From Vicugna vicugna (lineage: Eukaryota): a DNA stretch of 64,000 nucleotides. A program made the position numbers and the translations under genes. Every line of letters begins with the position of its first letter. The stretch's first letter is position 1. Shown piece after piece: positions 35,901-49,259 of this stretch. The notes under the pieces are model-generated. The model was not told the DNA's origin, did no database searches, and saw nothing but the letters and a program-made list of their open reading frames with translations. Where the stretch lies: contig MU058009.1 in assembly GCA_013265495.1 (NCBI GenBank), positions 186,001 through 250,000 on the forward strand, written 5' to 3'.

Positions 35901-36519
35901 GTCCCTGCCAGGGGGACACTGCTGTCTGTTCTTGGCCGTCAGCCTCTCCCATCCTCCCCTGCTCGACACCAGCTTCTCATCATCACGGAAAACAACCCTG
36001 CTGTCCTTGGCCTGCTCCCCTGGTCCTGCACCTCCCGTGCGCTCTCGGAGGGAGCCTCCTCCACCTGACCCACAGATCTGTCAGGTCGCAGGCTCCCCTG
36101 CTGCCCTCAGCTGCCTGGGGACTCCTTCGCACCGAGGGGGCTGTGTGGTTACCAGGGAAGATACGCTCCCGCTCTCGGCTTGCCAGCCGCTCCAGGGCAA
36201 TGAGTTGTCTTTCTAAAATGAGGTTTTCCATTTCTGAGACTCTGAAACCTCCAGGTTTGCCAAACTGCAGGTCTTCCTCCCAGCACAGGACAGCAGGGAT
36301 CACGGCCAAGCCTGAGCTGCTCACAAACCCAGCCCCCCACCCCCAACGCCACCAAATCAGCAGTAATGGTCTCCTCCAGGCCCCCGGCGCCTGGTGCCGG
36401 CCTAACACACAGGCGCCTCCCTCTCTCCCCCAGCTACGTATTCACACACACAGACACAGAACGCAGACACCAAAGGGGCGAGCGCAGTGCGGACAGGATG
36501 TGCTGCGGACTCAGGCAGA

Positions 36520-36680
36520 CCAGGTTTCCAGCCAGCTCCACCGCTCCTTAATTGCACAACTCGAGGCAAGACATTTAACTCCTCTCTTTCCTTCTTTGTC
36601 AAATGGAAACAATTATACCACCCACTCGTGGAGCTGCTACGGGGATAAAATGAGATCGATCACTGAACACGGCGCCTAGC
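36520..36680 (+). mobile_element. MIR SINE fragment
   Basis: 'gaggcaagacatttaactcctctc...tttgtcaaatggaaacaattataccacccactcgtggagctgctacggggataaaatgagat'. Confidence 0.65.
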
Positions 36681-38689
36681 CCGCAGCGAGGGCTCCACAC
36701 CGGGGAGGCTCCTGCGGTCTCGCTCGTGGCCCCTGGAAATGCCTGTCTTCTTAGCCTGGGGAGTGACAGCCAGCGGCTGCCAGGAGGGGAGGCTGCCTGT
36801 GAGCGGCCCGCTGAGGAAGCTGCTGGTGACTGCAGCCTTTCAGAAGGCATTACAGGCCATTGTTTTAATCAATACTGTATTATTTCCTCCGTGGCATCTA
36901 TCCCCATGTTTATTATGTGTAAATAGGGTTTTTCAATGATGTGAATGTGCTAGTTTAACGTAGCTGACATTCAGCGCGTGCAGTCTGGTGGCTGCCCCTC
37001 AGGACCTCCTGGAAAATGAGATGATGTATCTGCCACAAAGCTGTCCTCATGAGCGAAAGTTGAGAAATACAATGTGGGGGCAATCAGGGCACCCGGCGCA
37101 CGCTTGCTGCATGCTCGAAGGAGGAAAATAAATAATACGAGGGCGCTGGGGGCATGGCCCAGCTGCTGGGGAGAGGGTGTTCACAGCCCGTGGCCCGGAG
37201 GCTGGGTGTCGGGGTCTCCATTTCTTTGCCGCCCAGATCTCGGTCCTGTATAATATGTCTATGTGGTCTGGCCGGCTCCTGCTGATGGCCCCCTCTCCTG
37301 CTGTCCCTGCAGCTTGTCAAAGCTCACGCTCCTGGATTCCCCGATGAGCCCCTTCCTCCCTTGCATTACGTGGCCCCCAGGGGTCTGAAAACCCATTTTG
37401 TACATGTTTCTCTGGCGGGCCCCCGTTGTGGGCTTGGCCCGGCCTTGCCGTCCAAGCAGCCGAGAAAGCAAAGGCGGCTCTTCCCAATTTTCCTCGTGGG
37501 CTCATGTCTCCTCTAGTACCGGGGCACTCAGAGTAACAGACATCGGCCCTACAAGCTCCCTTGGTCCCGCCGGACCAAAGCTGAAGCGGGAGGGGTTTCA
37601 CTACGGTTTGGGAAGGCCTTCTTCATCACGTCCGGTTACAGCTGTAGGTCGGATGCCTCCACCACACGCGTCTCACAGCCAGCAGGCCCGACCCCAGTAA
37701 CAGCCATTTAGCTCAGCAACATCGCCTGCCACACACTTTGGACCCCCCTGTGCAGTGCTCTGGGGTGCGCTGGAAAGGAATGAACCTTTGCCAAGACAGC
37801 CTGGGCACTTTTATCGACAGGATGTTCTTTCACCCCCGTGTTCTTCCCAGTGTTTGGAAGCAGAGGACAGGGAAGGAAACTGCTTGATTTCCCACCTTCA
37901 CGCCAAATGGGAAAGACGACTTGAGGGAGGCCGCCTGTGAGAGCGGCGGGAGGGAGGGGACCTGTGCCTCGCCCTTCAGGTCTGTCTGTCCATCTGTCCA
38001 CAATGCCTGTCGCTCTGGGGGTCCATCCAGCTAAAAGGTACTTTATACACGAAATGGCCGCTGTTATTGCTAGATTCTGTCTGTGTCTTCGACCTTTCCG
38101 CACAAAACGTGGCCGCCGGGCTTTGGCTTCCCCTCACTGTCTGAGAGATGAGAGGGCGGTGTTTTTCTTGGCAAATAACTATGATATCATAAGCCCTGGC
38201 CGGATTCCAGCCTGAGTAATGGCTGTCTGCCTTCCCAATTCCCTCCGCAGCCCGCAACAGGAGCTTTGCTCTTTACTTCCTCTCTTTAAAAACACACGCT
38301 CCGTTGGAGAGCACCACTCAGCCACAGGGTCCCTCCCCACCGTGGCTGCGTTTCCACGATGGTTACTGAGGGGTGAGCTCAGGTTACGGTGCACATTTGG
38401 GAAAACACAGTAAGACTTCTGGCCCGGAAGAGGCACCTGAGGACCTTGAATCGGAGAGGCTCTCGTTCACGCATCCCAGTCCGTGAGGGACACAGAGCCC
38501 AAATCAGGAAGCGTCACCTTGCTGTGCACTGCTTTTTCCCTGGTCTAAATCATCACTGGGTAACTGGGCAGCTGGGGAACCCAGCCGGAGCTGGATATTC
38601 CCGAGCAAGTTCAAAGCTGCCTGACTGAGCACCCCCCCTTTTTGTACAGGAGTTGGGGGTGTCTTGTGGCCCATATGCTCACATAGGCA

Positions 38690-38900
38690 CTGTCACCTTG
38701 ACGTCTGTAACCCCTGTCATGCTTTGCTTATCATTCGATCTTTAATAACAACCCTTTGAGACAGGTAGCAGGCATCTGCACCATCTTTTGTAAACCTGAC
38801 AATGGAGGCTCAGATATTAATCAGATGACTTGTTCAGTGTCGCACAGTATATGTGGCAGAAGTAGGAGATGAACTCTGGTCAAAGCCAATTTTCATGCGA
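38690..38900 (-). mobile_element. MIR SINE fragment
   Basis: 'tttaataacaaccctttgagacaggtag...atggaggctcagatattaatcagatgacttgttcagtgtcgcacag'. Confidence 0.65.
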
Positions 38901-39189
38901 CATCAGGCCACACCACATTTTCTGGGCTGCGTGGACCTTGGCGCATCCGCTTCCCCGTGTTGATAGGTAGCCATCACCGGCGGGGCAGCGGGAGTCTCAG
39001 GGCCAGTGGCCAGGCCTGGGTTTCATGAGACTTGGCCACTGATCTGCTGGGGGCTCACTGCAGACCCTTGGCTGGATGAGGACACCTGGCCCAGCTCACA
39101 GGGAAGTCTTGAGGTAGGTATGTGGCCAAGACTCTGAAAGTGTCTGAGGAGTGCAAATCAGTGCGCAGATGCTCAGGACCACCGATTCT

Positions 39190-39560
39190 CCCCATGAACA
39201 TTCACTGAGCACCTTCCGGGACCAGGCTTAGGGACACACTGTAAACAAGGCAGAGTCCCTGCCCTCAAGGAGCTGGCGGACCAGTGGGAGAGACACATCA
39301 ACAGACAATTGTAAGAGAGAGCGGTGGCTGCTCCGATGAGAGGGGCCCTGCGCCTTGACTTGTAGGGAGAGCCACCACCAGATACGGCAATTCCTGGAGA
39401 ACGTTCACAGGGCACGTGGCATCTAAGATGAAACCCCAGGGACAAGAAGGAGACAGGCAGATAACATGGGACCACTGAGTGTTCCAGGCTCTGGAGACAG
39501 CACGTGCAAAGGCGGGGAGGTCAGAAGCAGCGCCGTCTGCCCAGGTGATGGCACGTTTAG
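39190..39560 (-). mobile_element. L2 LINE 3' fragment
   Basis: 'atgaacattcactgagcaccttcc...aaacaaggcagagtccctgccctcaaggagct...gttccaggctctggagacagcacgtgcaaaggc'. Confidence 0.7.
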
Positions 39561-40469
39561 TGTGCGCTGGTGCAGGGCTGGAGGGGGAGTGGGGGGGCGG
39601 GAAGCTGAGGGCTAAGCCAGGAGCTGTCAGCAGCCCCCAGGATGCGTCTTTGCCATCACGGGGGAAGTGAGTCCTTGGAGCCACCTTGTCTCCCTAACAC
39701 ACAGCCCTTCCCTCGCCCTGACCCCACAGCCTGGAAGCCTTCACTTTGCTCTGGATCCCCTCACCCTTTAACCATCCATGAAGGAGCTGCTGGAAGTGCA
39801 CCCAGACCAGAGCGGACAGTACTAATCCACGAGTTAAAAATTCTGGCTGTGCTTTATCAACTGAAGGACTGTGATCTGGGAGATGTTCATTTAACGTATT
39901 TCCGCCTTCAGAATGGCTTTTACTTTTCACTAAATTGAAACTGCAGTACAATATATGTGAATGATTAGACTGTGTAATACGTCCCTGCAAATTTAGATTA
40001 GGAATGATTATGACTTAAGTAAAATAGTGGAACGCAATTCTTATTGCCATCTATCTTCTCTCTTCTTTTTAGTGTTCGTGGGGGTGACTGACTAGAAAGA
40101 ATGAATGACTTCAAGGAGAGCCAGGGTCTGGGTGCAGAGATGGGGCCAAGGGCCGTCTTTGGAGGACTTTGAGGAAGGAGGGACAAGCTGACGTAAGAAG
40201 ATGAGGGATCTGTGGTCAGGGAGGGGCACTGGGACAGGAGGTGAATCTGGGAAGCATCCTGGCTCTGCCATTTGCTCACCGTGTGGCTTTCAGCAAGCTA
40301 CTTAGACTCTCTGAGTCTTGGTTTCCCATCAGCAAAATGGGCTTCATTATTCCTGGTTCATGTGATTGCTCCGGGTGGAATGAGATCGGGGAGTGAGGGC
40401 CTCACTGACTGCAGGGTGCCCCAGGGCTGGGTTGGGAACCCAGGTCTGGGTCACATTGGGGCGACATCA

Positions 40470-40620
40470 GTCACTAGAGCCATGTGACCTTGGTCTTACT
40501 CAGTCTCCTGGAGCTCGTTTCCTAATCTGCAAAATGGGACTAAGCATACTTGGCCACAGGTGTCCTTGGGGAGAAAATTAAACGGGATTTTTCATGTTAA
40601 AAGTGCTTTGCAAAATGTGA
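40470..40620 (+). mobile_element. MIR SINE fragment
   Basis: 'catgtgaccttggtcttactcagtctcctggagctcgtttcctaatctgcaaaatggga...aaagtgctttgcaaaatgt'. Confidence 0.65.
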
Positions 40621-40829
40621 ATCTTCTGGGAGGGCTGCCCTAGCTGGTCGGGGTGGAAACAGGAGTTTGGGGGAAGTCGGGGCTCTCCTTCCCTGAAGCA
40701 GCAATCGGAAGTGGTTTGGTGGAAACTCGCTGCGGGGGAGGGAGGGGGCGGAACCTGGGAAGAGCCTGTGGGACGCTCCCTTTGGGTGCCCTGCCCCAGC
40801 ACTCCCAGTCCTCCTCACTCTGTTCTACC

Positions 40830-41000
40830 CACATTCCCCACCAGCACTTCACGCACGGAGGCATTCTATATAAGTTACTTGTGTATTATGTTTTGTTTAG
40901 TGTCTGTCCCCCTAGTTCAGGGATCCCTTTTGTTCCCCAGCACACCCTGAGCACCTAGAATACAGCCTGGCAGTTGGCAGGCACTGAGGAATATGTGCCC
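40830..41000 (+). mobile_element. L2 3' tail fragment
   Basis: 'gtgtctgtcccctagttcaggg...ccctgagcacctagaatacagcctggcagttggcaggcactgaggaatatgtg'. Confidence 0.6.
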
Positions 41001-41704
41001 GGAGAGTGGATCTATGAGCGGGGCTGGAATTCTGTCTCCTGAGATAACAGGCAAGGTTGGAAAGATGGTGGTCGGGGAACCAGGGTAAACCAGAGGCATC
41101 AGTCTCTGTGGCGGGGATCTTGTTGCAGGCAGAAAGACAGAACAGCGATTTGGTGCGTGGAGCCCGGCACCCATTCTTCAAGGGAGCCACGAGCCCCCAG
41201 GGTTTCCCGGGAGCCCCCGGGCACCTGCAGTGTGGCTGCACTTCCCCGTCCCTCCCAGCGACCTGACGAAACACCTTCCAATCAGAGCAATTACTGCCGC
41301 TTGGGGTGTCTGCCTCCTGTGGCTCTGGCTGGAGACAGTGTTTCTCTGCTGCTCCTCGTGACAATAGGGACAACAAATAACCTGTCGGCAGATGAAGGGC
41401 CCGCCAAGCCCTCCAGAGCTGGACAGCCTGGGCTGTCAGCTGGGCCTGCGTGGAGGGAACCAAAGTGACAGCCCTCGCGGGGCGCGCAGCTGGCTCTTCC
41501 GGGACTTTCAGACCACTCTGTCCGTGACCAGGGTCACTCTGGCCAAGGGGTCAGGGCCATGGCCGCTGCCCGCCCGCCCACCGGCAGGGGCTGGCATTAG
41601 CTATGCTGCCGATGGCTCAGGGTCTTCTGCTCTTGCCACGGAGAGGGAGCTAGCGTTCCGTCAGGGTCCAGTGGGTCGGTCTTGCAAAGTATCTTCCCCT
41701 CCTA

Positions 41705-41840
41705 ATAGCCCTGCGGAGCAGCTGCTCTCAGTTTCAAATGAGAAAATGGGAACTCAGGGAGGTTGAGTAATTTGCTCTGGGCCACACAGCTCATTAAGCA
41801 GCAGCGCTGGGGTAAGACCTCCCATGTTTCTGAATTCAGA
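41705..41840 (-). mobile_element. MIR SINE fragment
   Basis: 'aaatgagaaaatgggaactcagggaggttgagtaatttgctctgggccacacagctcattaag'. Confidence 0.65.
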
Positions 41841-42399
41841 GCACATCCGTCCTTTCGGGCACCCCGGGTTCCAAGCGCTGCACCCTGGAGGGTGTGTGTG
41901 AGCACAGCCCCTGACCTCCCAGCCTCGGGGTCCTGACTGGGGCACCTGTTGCCTGTGCTCTGGAGAAACGCCCTGCACCCCATCCCACCGCGGCTGGGGC
42001 CATCCTGTTTCAGTTATGCACCCGAGAGCCCCTCTCTCCTGTGCCTCCCCCTCCCCCTGAATTCCAGCCAGGGCCCCGCTGCGGCAGAGTGCGTCCTTTG
42101 GGCGCCCACAGGCACATGGACACTAACATGAGGGTATGAATATGGATGCTGATACTGATACACATACAGATACGATTACGGAGAGGACTCCTAACGGTGA
42201 TTAACACTAAGACTAAACGCAAACGCTGATACTGGTTTGCACTTGTTGAGCTTTTACTGAATCTTAGATGTGAACCCAGGAAGCTGACTCTGGAGATCTG
42301 GGCTCTTACCCATTGTATGTCCTGCCTCTCCCTCCTCTTACATGACATGCTCCTTTAATTAACCACCCTGGTAGTCTCTGTTTTGTTAATACCCCTTTT

Positions 42400-42520
42400 C
42401 AAACCGACATCTAGAACTGAATGCAAAATCCCAGATGTGGCCCGACCGAGCAAGGCCCAGGGATACGTCATGTCCCTGTAACCTTTGAACATCATTTTGC
42501 AATTAATGTAGTCTAAGTTT
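42400..42520 (-). mobile_element. CR1/L3 LINE ORF2 fossil
   Basis: Reverse strand translates to ...SVGPHLGFCIQF*, against the recalled CR1 motif ALVRPHLEYCVQFW; each change (R>G, E>G, Y>F, V>I, W>stop) needs only one base substitution. Confidence 0.7.
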
Positions 42521-43869
42521 ACACTCACTTTCCCCCCACCCCAAGTCCCAGGGTTGCCAACCATTAGGGTTTTTAGCTGGTCCTAAGTCCCCAGGTCTTC
42601 CAGAAATGAGCCACCTTGGGTAAGCCCTTTTTTGTTGCCTTCCTGTGTGGCTGAGGGCTGAAGCCCGGTTTCCCTTCCCCTTGCAAGCTCTGTGTCCGAT
42701 GGCCACACTTGGCTTTGCTGTAGCACTGAGCCAACGCTCCAGAGGAAAGAGAACATGGTCTCTGGCAACTAGGGGGCTGGATGGAGGTGAAACAGCCTGT
42801 GAAGGTCGCTGCCACTGCTTGGTGAGTGATCTGTCCCCATTTCAGCCTCAGTGGGAAAGTGATGGAGGGTGTAATTAGGGTCTGGGCTATGCTCGGGGGG
42901 CGGGGGGGGGTGGCTGTCCCCGGCTCAAGGAGGCTGGGGACACAGACAGTAGTCTCTGACCTCCCGAGTTGGGGAGGAGTGTGTCTGCTTGTCCAGGGGG
43001 AAGAGGAATAGCATCGGGGATTTTGGACCCGGTAACTGCAGATCCCTGATCATCTCTGGGAGTGTGCATGTGGAGTGGGGGATGGGAGTGAGAATGGAGA
43101 TGGAGTGAGGCAGGAAATATCACCAAAAAATTTGGAAGCGAGTGAAACTTTCTCTTGCCCTCTCATCTGCCCACCTCGTCCCCTCACCACACATCCAGGA
43201 GAGCCAGGATCCCAGGCTTCTCAAGAGCCCTCTTGCTGGGCACCCCACCGGGGCTCTTCCTCCCCTACTGTCTCTGTGCCTTCTTGCATCACAATTTGCT
43301 TGTCCTGTGTGTCTCATTTCACCCCATTCCCTAATATGGCATTAAGGTGTTCAAGTTTTAACAACTGGCTCGATGCTTGTAACCAGCCATAACCCAAGGG
43401 TATAAATACTTTAACAAGAGAATTTCTTAACCTCCAGGCATAAATCCCAGGGAGAAGTCCCTATGTTCTGGCAGGGAGGGAGTCTGAGTAGGGGGAGCCC
43501 CAGCTGGTTACTCCGCCCGGGGCACTGACGTTGCTCCTCTTGACAATGCTTGGGGTTGACAGGGTGGAGATTTTCCTTATGATGAGGAAAGGGGAGCTCA
43601 GAGAGGTTCTGTGTCCTGCCCAAGGTCACACAGTTTACCGTTCCTGGATCCTAAGCAGCTCTAGCCCTTTGCAGGACCAAGAGTCCCCACCCGCCTTCCA
43701 TCCCCTCAGGGTACCTCTTAGGGTGCCGGCAGATTTAGGGGCCCGCAATGCTAGGGCTTGGGGGTTCTCGCCTTGGATTCTCCAGAGATGAGTCCCTGAG
43801 ATGGCTAAGGGTTAGTCTGCAGCCTCCGGTGGGCCATGAAATAAAATTCCAGAACTGTGGTCAGTCCCC

Positions 43870-44080
43870 ATGGATAGGGACTTAGTGAACTGAGCACCTA
43901 TAATGTCTCAGGCCCGGTTCCAGGTATTTTCCCAACAGCTACTGTTTGAATCCTTTTAAAGAGCCCAGTGAAGTAGGCATCCTGGCTTCCTTTACATGGA
44001 TGAGAAGACTGAGGCCGCGCAAAGTCTGAAGTCGCACAGCTGAGACATGGGGGGGCCAAGATTTGACAATTTCAGCTGAC
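43870..44080 (-). mobile_element. MIR SINE
   Basis: 'tgaactgagcacctataatgtctcagg...tttacatggatgagaagactgaggccgcgcaaagtctgaagtcgcacagct'. Confidence 0.65.
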
Positions 44081-46799
44081 CCCAAAGTTCCTGCTCTTTC
44101 TCCTGCACTGTGTGGCCTCCCAAGGAAGATCGGGGTCTAGAGGAGGCGGCTTCCTGGAGGAGTCTGGTCCGCTGGGAAGACAGAACACATCAGGATGGAA
44201 AGGACCATGGCAAAGAAAACACGGCACCTCAGGTGAGCCTACTGCGCGGCAGGCAATGTGCCTGGGGCCGGAAGTAAGCAGCGCTTCGGCTTGGGCTGGG
44301 GCCAAGTGAACCAGGGTAGTGAGCCCAGCAAGTCCATTTGGGAAGGCCTTGGGGAGGAAGTGAGTTTGGAACCAGTCCGAGGTTGGGCTGTGTGTGCTCT
44401 GGGGAATGGATGCCGGGGTAGGGAGCTGGGTGTGGCCACAGAGGCAAGGGGCTGGAGGAACGAGAAACGGGCTGTTGCCCAGAGCAGAGGGCCTGGCAGG
44501 CCTTCGGGGTGGAGGCCTGGGAACTGGCTGGGCCAGGCCGGGCTGGAGGCGCTGAAGGGGAAGAGCACGCGGTCCAGCCACGTTAGGATGCTCGCACAAA
44601 GGGCTTCTTGGCCAGAAGCTCGTGCAGCTCACCCCTTCCGCAGAAAATGGCTCTCCAGTAGGAAAAGCACCAGGGCTTTGGAGAGGTGAGTGTGGTGGGC
44701 TTGGCTTTTCAAGGAGCCGAGATGCTGTTTCCTGCAAGTCACCCTTGTACAGATGCGGACCATGGACCCGGTGGCTCTTCAGAGCAGTTTCCCGACAGTG
44801 AGCCCAGTAAGTGACTGACCCCCCGTCACTGCTCACACGTTCAGCCAGTGTTAACTGGTGACTTGAAAATTACCTTTGTTTACCACCGTTACCGGGAGGC
44901 TTCAGGGGCACCAGCATCTCCACTCTGCCAGCTGTGTCTGGCCGTGGTAGCAGGCAGCGTGCTGCACAGTCCCCAGCCCCAGTCCCGCCCTGCTCGTGTG
45001 GGCACCAGGGCAGGGTGCTAAGTGGACTCTCCGGGGTCAGGGTGGGCAGGGGAACACCCGCTGGTCCCTGCTCCCTGCTGTCCAGTCAGCCAACCTACGT
45101 GCCTGCAGGTCGTTTCTCCACGGCCTCACTGCTCCATGTGTAAGACAGTCTAGAACAGCGTGCTCACTGGAGTCTGCGTGTGCACAGGGAGGGTGATTTG
45201 CGGGACTTGTGCAATTTCTTAATTTTGAGGGAAAGTGCATGGAAGCTTTAGGGAGGGAGAACATTCATAGTCCTCACAGCTTTTGGCAGATTCTCTAAAG
45301 GATCTGTGACACCCCCGCCTGGCCCCAGCAAGAGTCTTAGATGGTTCTTAGATCACCCCTCCAGGAAGCTGTGCAGTTTGACCCACTGTATTGTTGTCAT
45401 CATTGCCACGGTACTCAGGGCATCAGGAGATGTGGTCTGACTGTTCTCTGGAGGAAAAGGCCAGGTCCTTACTTTGTCAACTGCGTCCCGTGGATAGGCG
45501 GGTGTTTGCTGACTGACTAACAAATCACAGGGCGAGATGGAGGAGACACTGCATTTGCAGAACCTCCTGCATTTCCTTTCCATGTTAATGGGGAAAAGAC
45601 CTCATACTGCTTTTCTCCCTTCCCTCGGCCGTGTCTTGGCACAGTGGACGTCCCTTCCGTTCCCAAGACCCCATCTCCGCGCTGGGCACAGTGCTGAGTA
45701 GTGCAGGTCTGCAGTAGGGCGCGGGACAAACTTACCTGGGGGCGGAGGAAGGCAGGGGGCGGCCGGGAGGGGTGGGGGAATCGGCATATTCTAAGGAGGG
45801 AGATGCAGGGCAGGGCTCAGTTCTGCAGGGTCAGGGGTTGGGGGAAGCGAGTCCTTTCTTTCCAGGCAGCGTGACTGTCCACTGCTGGAAGGTCTGGGCC
45901 AGTTGGTTGACCTCTCTGAGCCTCAGAGGCCTCACGAGTGGGACTTTAAAGGGTACAAAGGAGGCAGCAGCAGAAACTCTGTAAGGTCCCTGCCCAGCTC
46001 TGAGCTTCTCTGATTCACGACGCACACTCCTGGCCAGTTCCCTTTCTCTGTCTAGCCACGGGTCCTCACTGAAAGACAGAGACACTCAATAGAACATAGG
46101 AAAAAAAATCACTGTCCTAGAGATCATACAAAATTCTGAAGTCACAGAGAAGGAGCTTGTATTTAGGGTCTGCATGGTGTTTTCTGCAAGCTTTATGCGT
46201 GCAGCTCTCAGCCCTCTGCTCCATCGGGGCGGGGTCTGGGGGAAACGGCATTTCCTGGCAAAAGCCACTTTGCAGCTGCGCTGGGACCCTGGGCCCAGTG
46301 GGGCCTTCCTGCTTGTTGTGCATTTGGCACCACTCCCTAAGCAGGCCTGCACATGGATGCAGGGTCCTCTTGGCTACCTGGGGCATTGTTTCCTTGCAGC
46401 TGTGGGGATGGTGACAAGGTCTGTGGGTGGCTGGCCCAACTGGAGAGCCCTCAAGGGCCACTTCACTGACCTCTTCTCTTTCCAGGGCTCTTAACACACT
46501 TGAGCAGGGGTGGAAGGGCCTGACCGGGGTGGAAGCCCACTCTGGGCAGACAAAGGAGCCTGACTCAGCTCACTCTTCAGCCAGGCTCTGGAGCCCGGGA
46601 GGCGGAGGGCAGGGCAGGAGGCAGAGCAGAGTCCCCGGGCAGAGCTGAGTCCTGCCGTGCCCAGTGGGAGGAGACCAGGATGGGAATCAGCAGGAGGCAA
46701 TACCCCGAGAGGGAGGCCTTGGGTAGCACCGTTCAGTGGATGACTTGAGTCCTGGCTATTTCTCCCTTGTCAGGGTCTTCCTATTGAAACACTTGACCT

Positions 46800-47000
46800 T
46801 GGATTTGAGCCTCGTAATTTACCAAGTGTTTACATAAATCATCTCATTTTATTTCCACCACAAACCTTATGGGTGTATGTTGTGAGTGCCTTTTATGGAT
46901 GCTGCTGCTGTGACTCAGAGAAATTAAGTGCTTTGCCCAAGGTCACACAGCCAGTAAGTGGCAGAGACAGGACTAGAATGAGATTTCCTTTTCCAACGAC
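46800..47000 (-). mobile_element. MIR SINE
   Basis: 'gtgtttacataaatcatctcattttatttccaccacaaacc...tcagagaaattaagtgctttgcccaaggtcacacagccagtaagtggcagag'. Confidence 0.8.
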
Positions 47001-47499
47001 CTCGTAGACCACCCACTCTCCAGTCCCTTCAGCCAGGCCACACTGCCTCCTTGAGAGTGACAGGGGAATGACAAGAAACGACGAAGCCTTAGGTGACCAG
47101 CAGTGACAGAAGTGGGCCAGGAGCTCCTCGCCAGAAGCTTCCCCAGCTCTACAGCTATGGGCTCTGCCTGCTTTTCCAAAGCTTCCTGTGATGTGCACGT
47201 GGTCATAAAGAATTGTAATAAACTACGATTTCAGAGCCAGAGGCACAGGCTGGCAAGGGGCTTCCTCCTTTAGGAGCAGGGGATGCAGCACAGGTCTCCA
47301 GGGAAAAACTCCCGGGGTGAACCCCTCTGCCCTAGGCTCTGGTGGGCCGCAGGGAAAGCCATATGAACTGAAGTTGGGGATCCCGCCTCACGGCGGAGCT
47401 GTCTTCTCCAGAGGTTGTTCACCAATTTCAAGGGTCACCATCCAGAAAGTACCAGTAACTGACGTTAGCATCTATGCCCATAAAGGAGTGTAGCAAGAA

Positions 47500-47590
47500 T
47501 GCTTTGTTCACGGCCTTGTGCTCAGATTTAAGGAGTGCCTGGCATATGGTAGATGCTCAGCAAACTCTTGAATGAATGAATGAAGTACAA
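47500..47590 (+). mobile_element. L2 3' tail
   Basis: 'gtgcctggcatatggtagatgctcagcaaactcttgaatgaatgaatgaa'. Confidence 0.7.
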
Positions 47591-47609
47591 GGAAACCGAG
47601 AAGATCATC

Positions 47610-47730
47610 ACCTGCCGAGTATTAGTCACTCTATTTCACAGAGGTGGCACTTGAGGCCCGGAGAGGTTAAGTAACATGTCCAAGGTTGCACAGCCACTTA
47701 GTGGTGGGAGAAGTACCAGAATCGAGATCT
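47610..47730 (-). mobile_element. MIR SINE fragment
   Basis: 'ttgaggcccggagaggttaagtaacatgtccaaggttgcacagccacttagtgg'. Confidence 0.7.
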
Positions 47731-49259
47731 CCTTTCACTACACGCTCTTCCTTCTGAAGAGGGGAAAGTAGGAATGTGAGAACCTCAGCTCCAGCGTCAA
47801 GCAGCTGGTTTGGCCTCTGACAAGTTCTTTCCATGTTTCCTAGCTGCACTGAGTCTATAGTTACTGGGTGTGGCAAAGAAGAAATGGTTTCCATCTGGAA
47901 AGGAACGCGCCTCTCGTCTCCCAGGAGGCACACCAGCAGAGAGAAGATGCTTCTGTCCAGGGCCCTCCATGGTCTCCGAGGAGCACACAGCCCTTCACAG
48001 CCTCCCTGGGCACCGTAAACCCTGCTTTCCTCTCTAGAGAAGCGAGGATAAAAGCTACCTCTAATAAAGGAAAAAAAGCAGAAGCTGCCCCCTGACCTGG
48101 TCTTCCTGATGAGTTTGATGGCTGCTAAAGATGGGTCCTGGAAGCAAGAGACAGAGCCCACACTGCAGTTTCTGGGCCCCAAGGGATATGTGTCCACACA
48201 GCCATCTGTCAGTCACTAGACTCTTTAAAGCAGGAAGGTATGGCTTCTAGTCCCCCCTCCACTGAGTTACTAACAGGAAAGCTAGGACACAGTCCTTGCT
48301 CTGGACTAGCCGTCACCAGACACCAGTGTGGCCCCTAAGCTCCTCCTTTGAGGGCCTTTCCCTGCACAGATGCTTCCGTCTCGCACGGGCTCCTCCCTCC
48401 CGCCTCAGCCCCTTGGCTCTTGGTGGCCAGGTCCCTCTCTCGCCAGGAGCAGCATTGCTGGTCCTGGGGCCTCGGCCAGAGTCCGCCTGTCGCTCTGCAG
48501 CCCCACAGTGCGGGGACACCAAAGGGCAGTGCCAGCAGCCCGCTGCACGCTGACAAGGCTGAGTTCACTCCAGCACCCCAGAGTCGACAGGATCGTCTGA
48601 ATTAAGTGGCCAAGTTTAGTTTTTAATTAAGCCCCCGTGGTCTTTTAAAAAGGTCATGGATGACACCATCTTCTTTAAGGCCAATATGAAAAGACACTCA
48701 AAGTCAAAGTTCTGAGATGGGAGCCTTGTAACTTGAAATGTCACAGGAAGAAATTTGGAAACGGGGGAAGAGGAAGCTGGTGGGAAGAATGACCCTGTCA
48801 CATTGCTCTGCTGTCAGCGTCACCGTTTCCAGTGGGAGCGCCAAACGATTTTGGTCTCAAAGGGCAAGTGGCCCCACTCTGCTCTCTCAAGTACCTTCCT
48901 TCCCCCACGGCTGGTCATGGGGCTCTTTGTTTGCTGCACCAGTGAAAAATGGGACCCTTGTCTTCCCAGACATGGAATAAAAGTTGGTATCAATGGGGCG
49001 AATGTGGCAACTTGCCCTGATTGCTGGGGAATTAAAAAATACATGCAACTGACTGCCAACCTTCTGCTCCGATTTCTGCAGAACTTGACCAATACTATAG
49101 CGTCTGGAAATACAGTTCTGTCTGGAGTGGAATATAACAGCCACTTCATCCTCCTACGACATCTCACAATAGGCCTACAATGGAAGCAAAGACCCGTGCT
49201 CTGTTCTGCACAGCTCTTGGAGAGATGAGTTCATTTGAGCAGAGTAGAATGGAGTGGAG

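Noticed and set aside
35876-36679. Longest ORF (267 aa, +)
   Set aside because: GTG start; begins and ends inside MIR fragments; P/S/R/A-rich composition typical of random GC-rich DNA; no recognisable domain
44072-44836. 254-aa ORF (-)
   Set aside because: GTG start, low-complexity P/S/L-rich sequence, no known family
26441-48644. Shared CCGTGGTCTT 10-mer next to AATTAAG in two islands
   Set aside because: Exact 10-mer matches between some pair of positions are expected many times over in 64 kb
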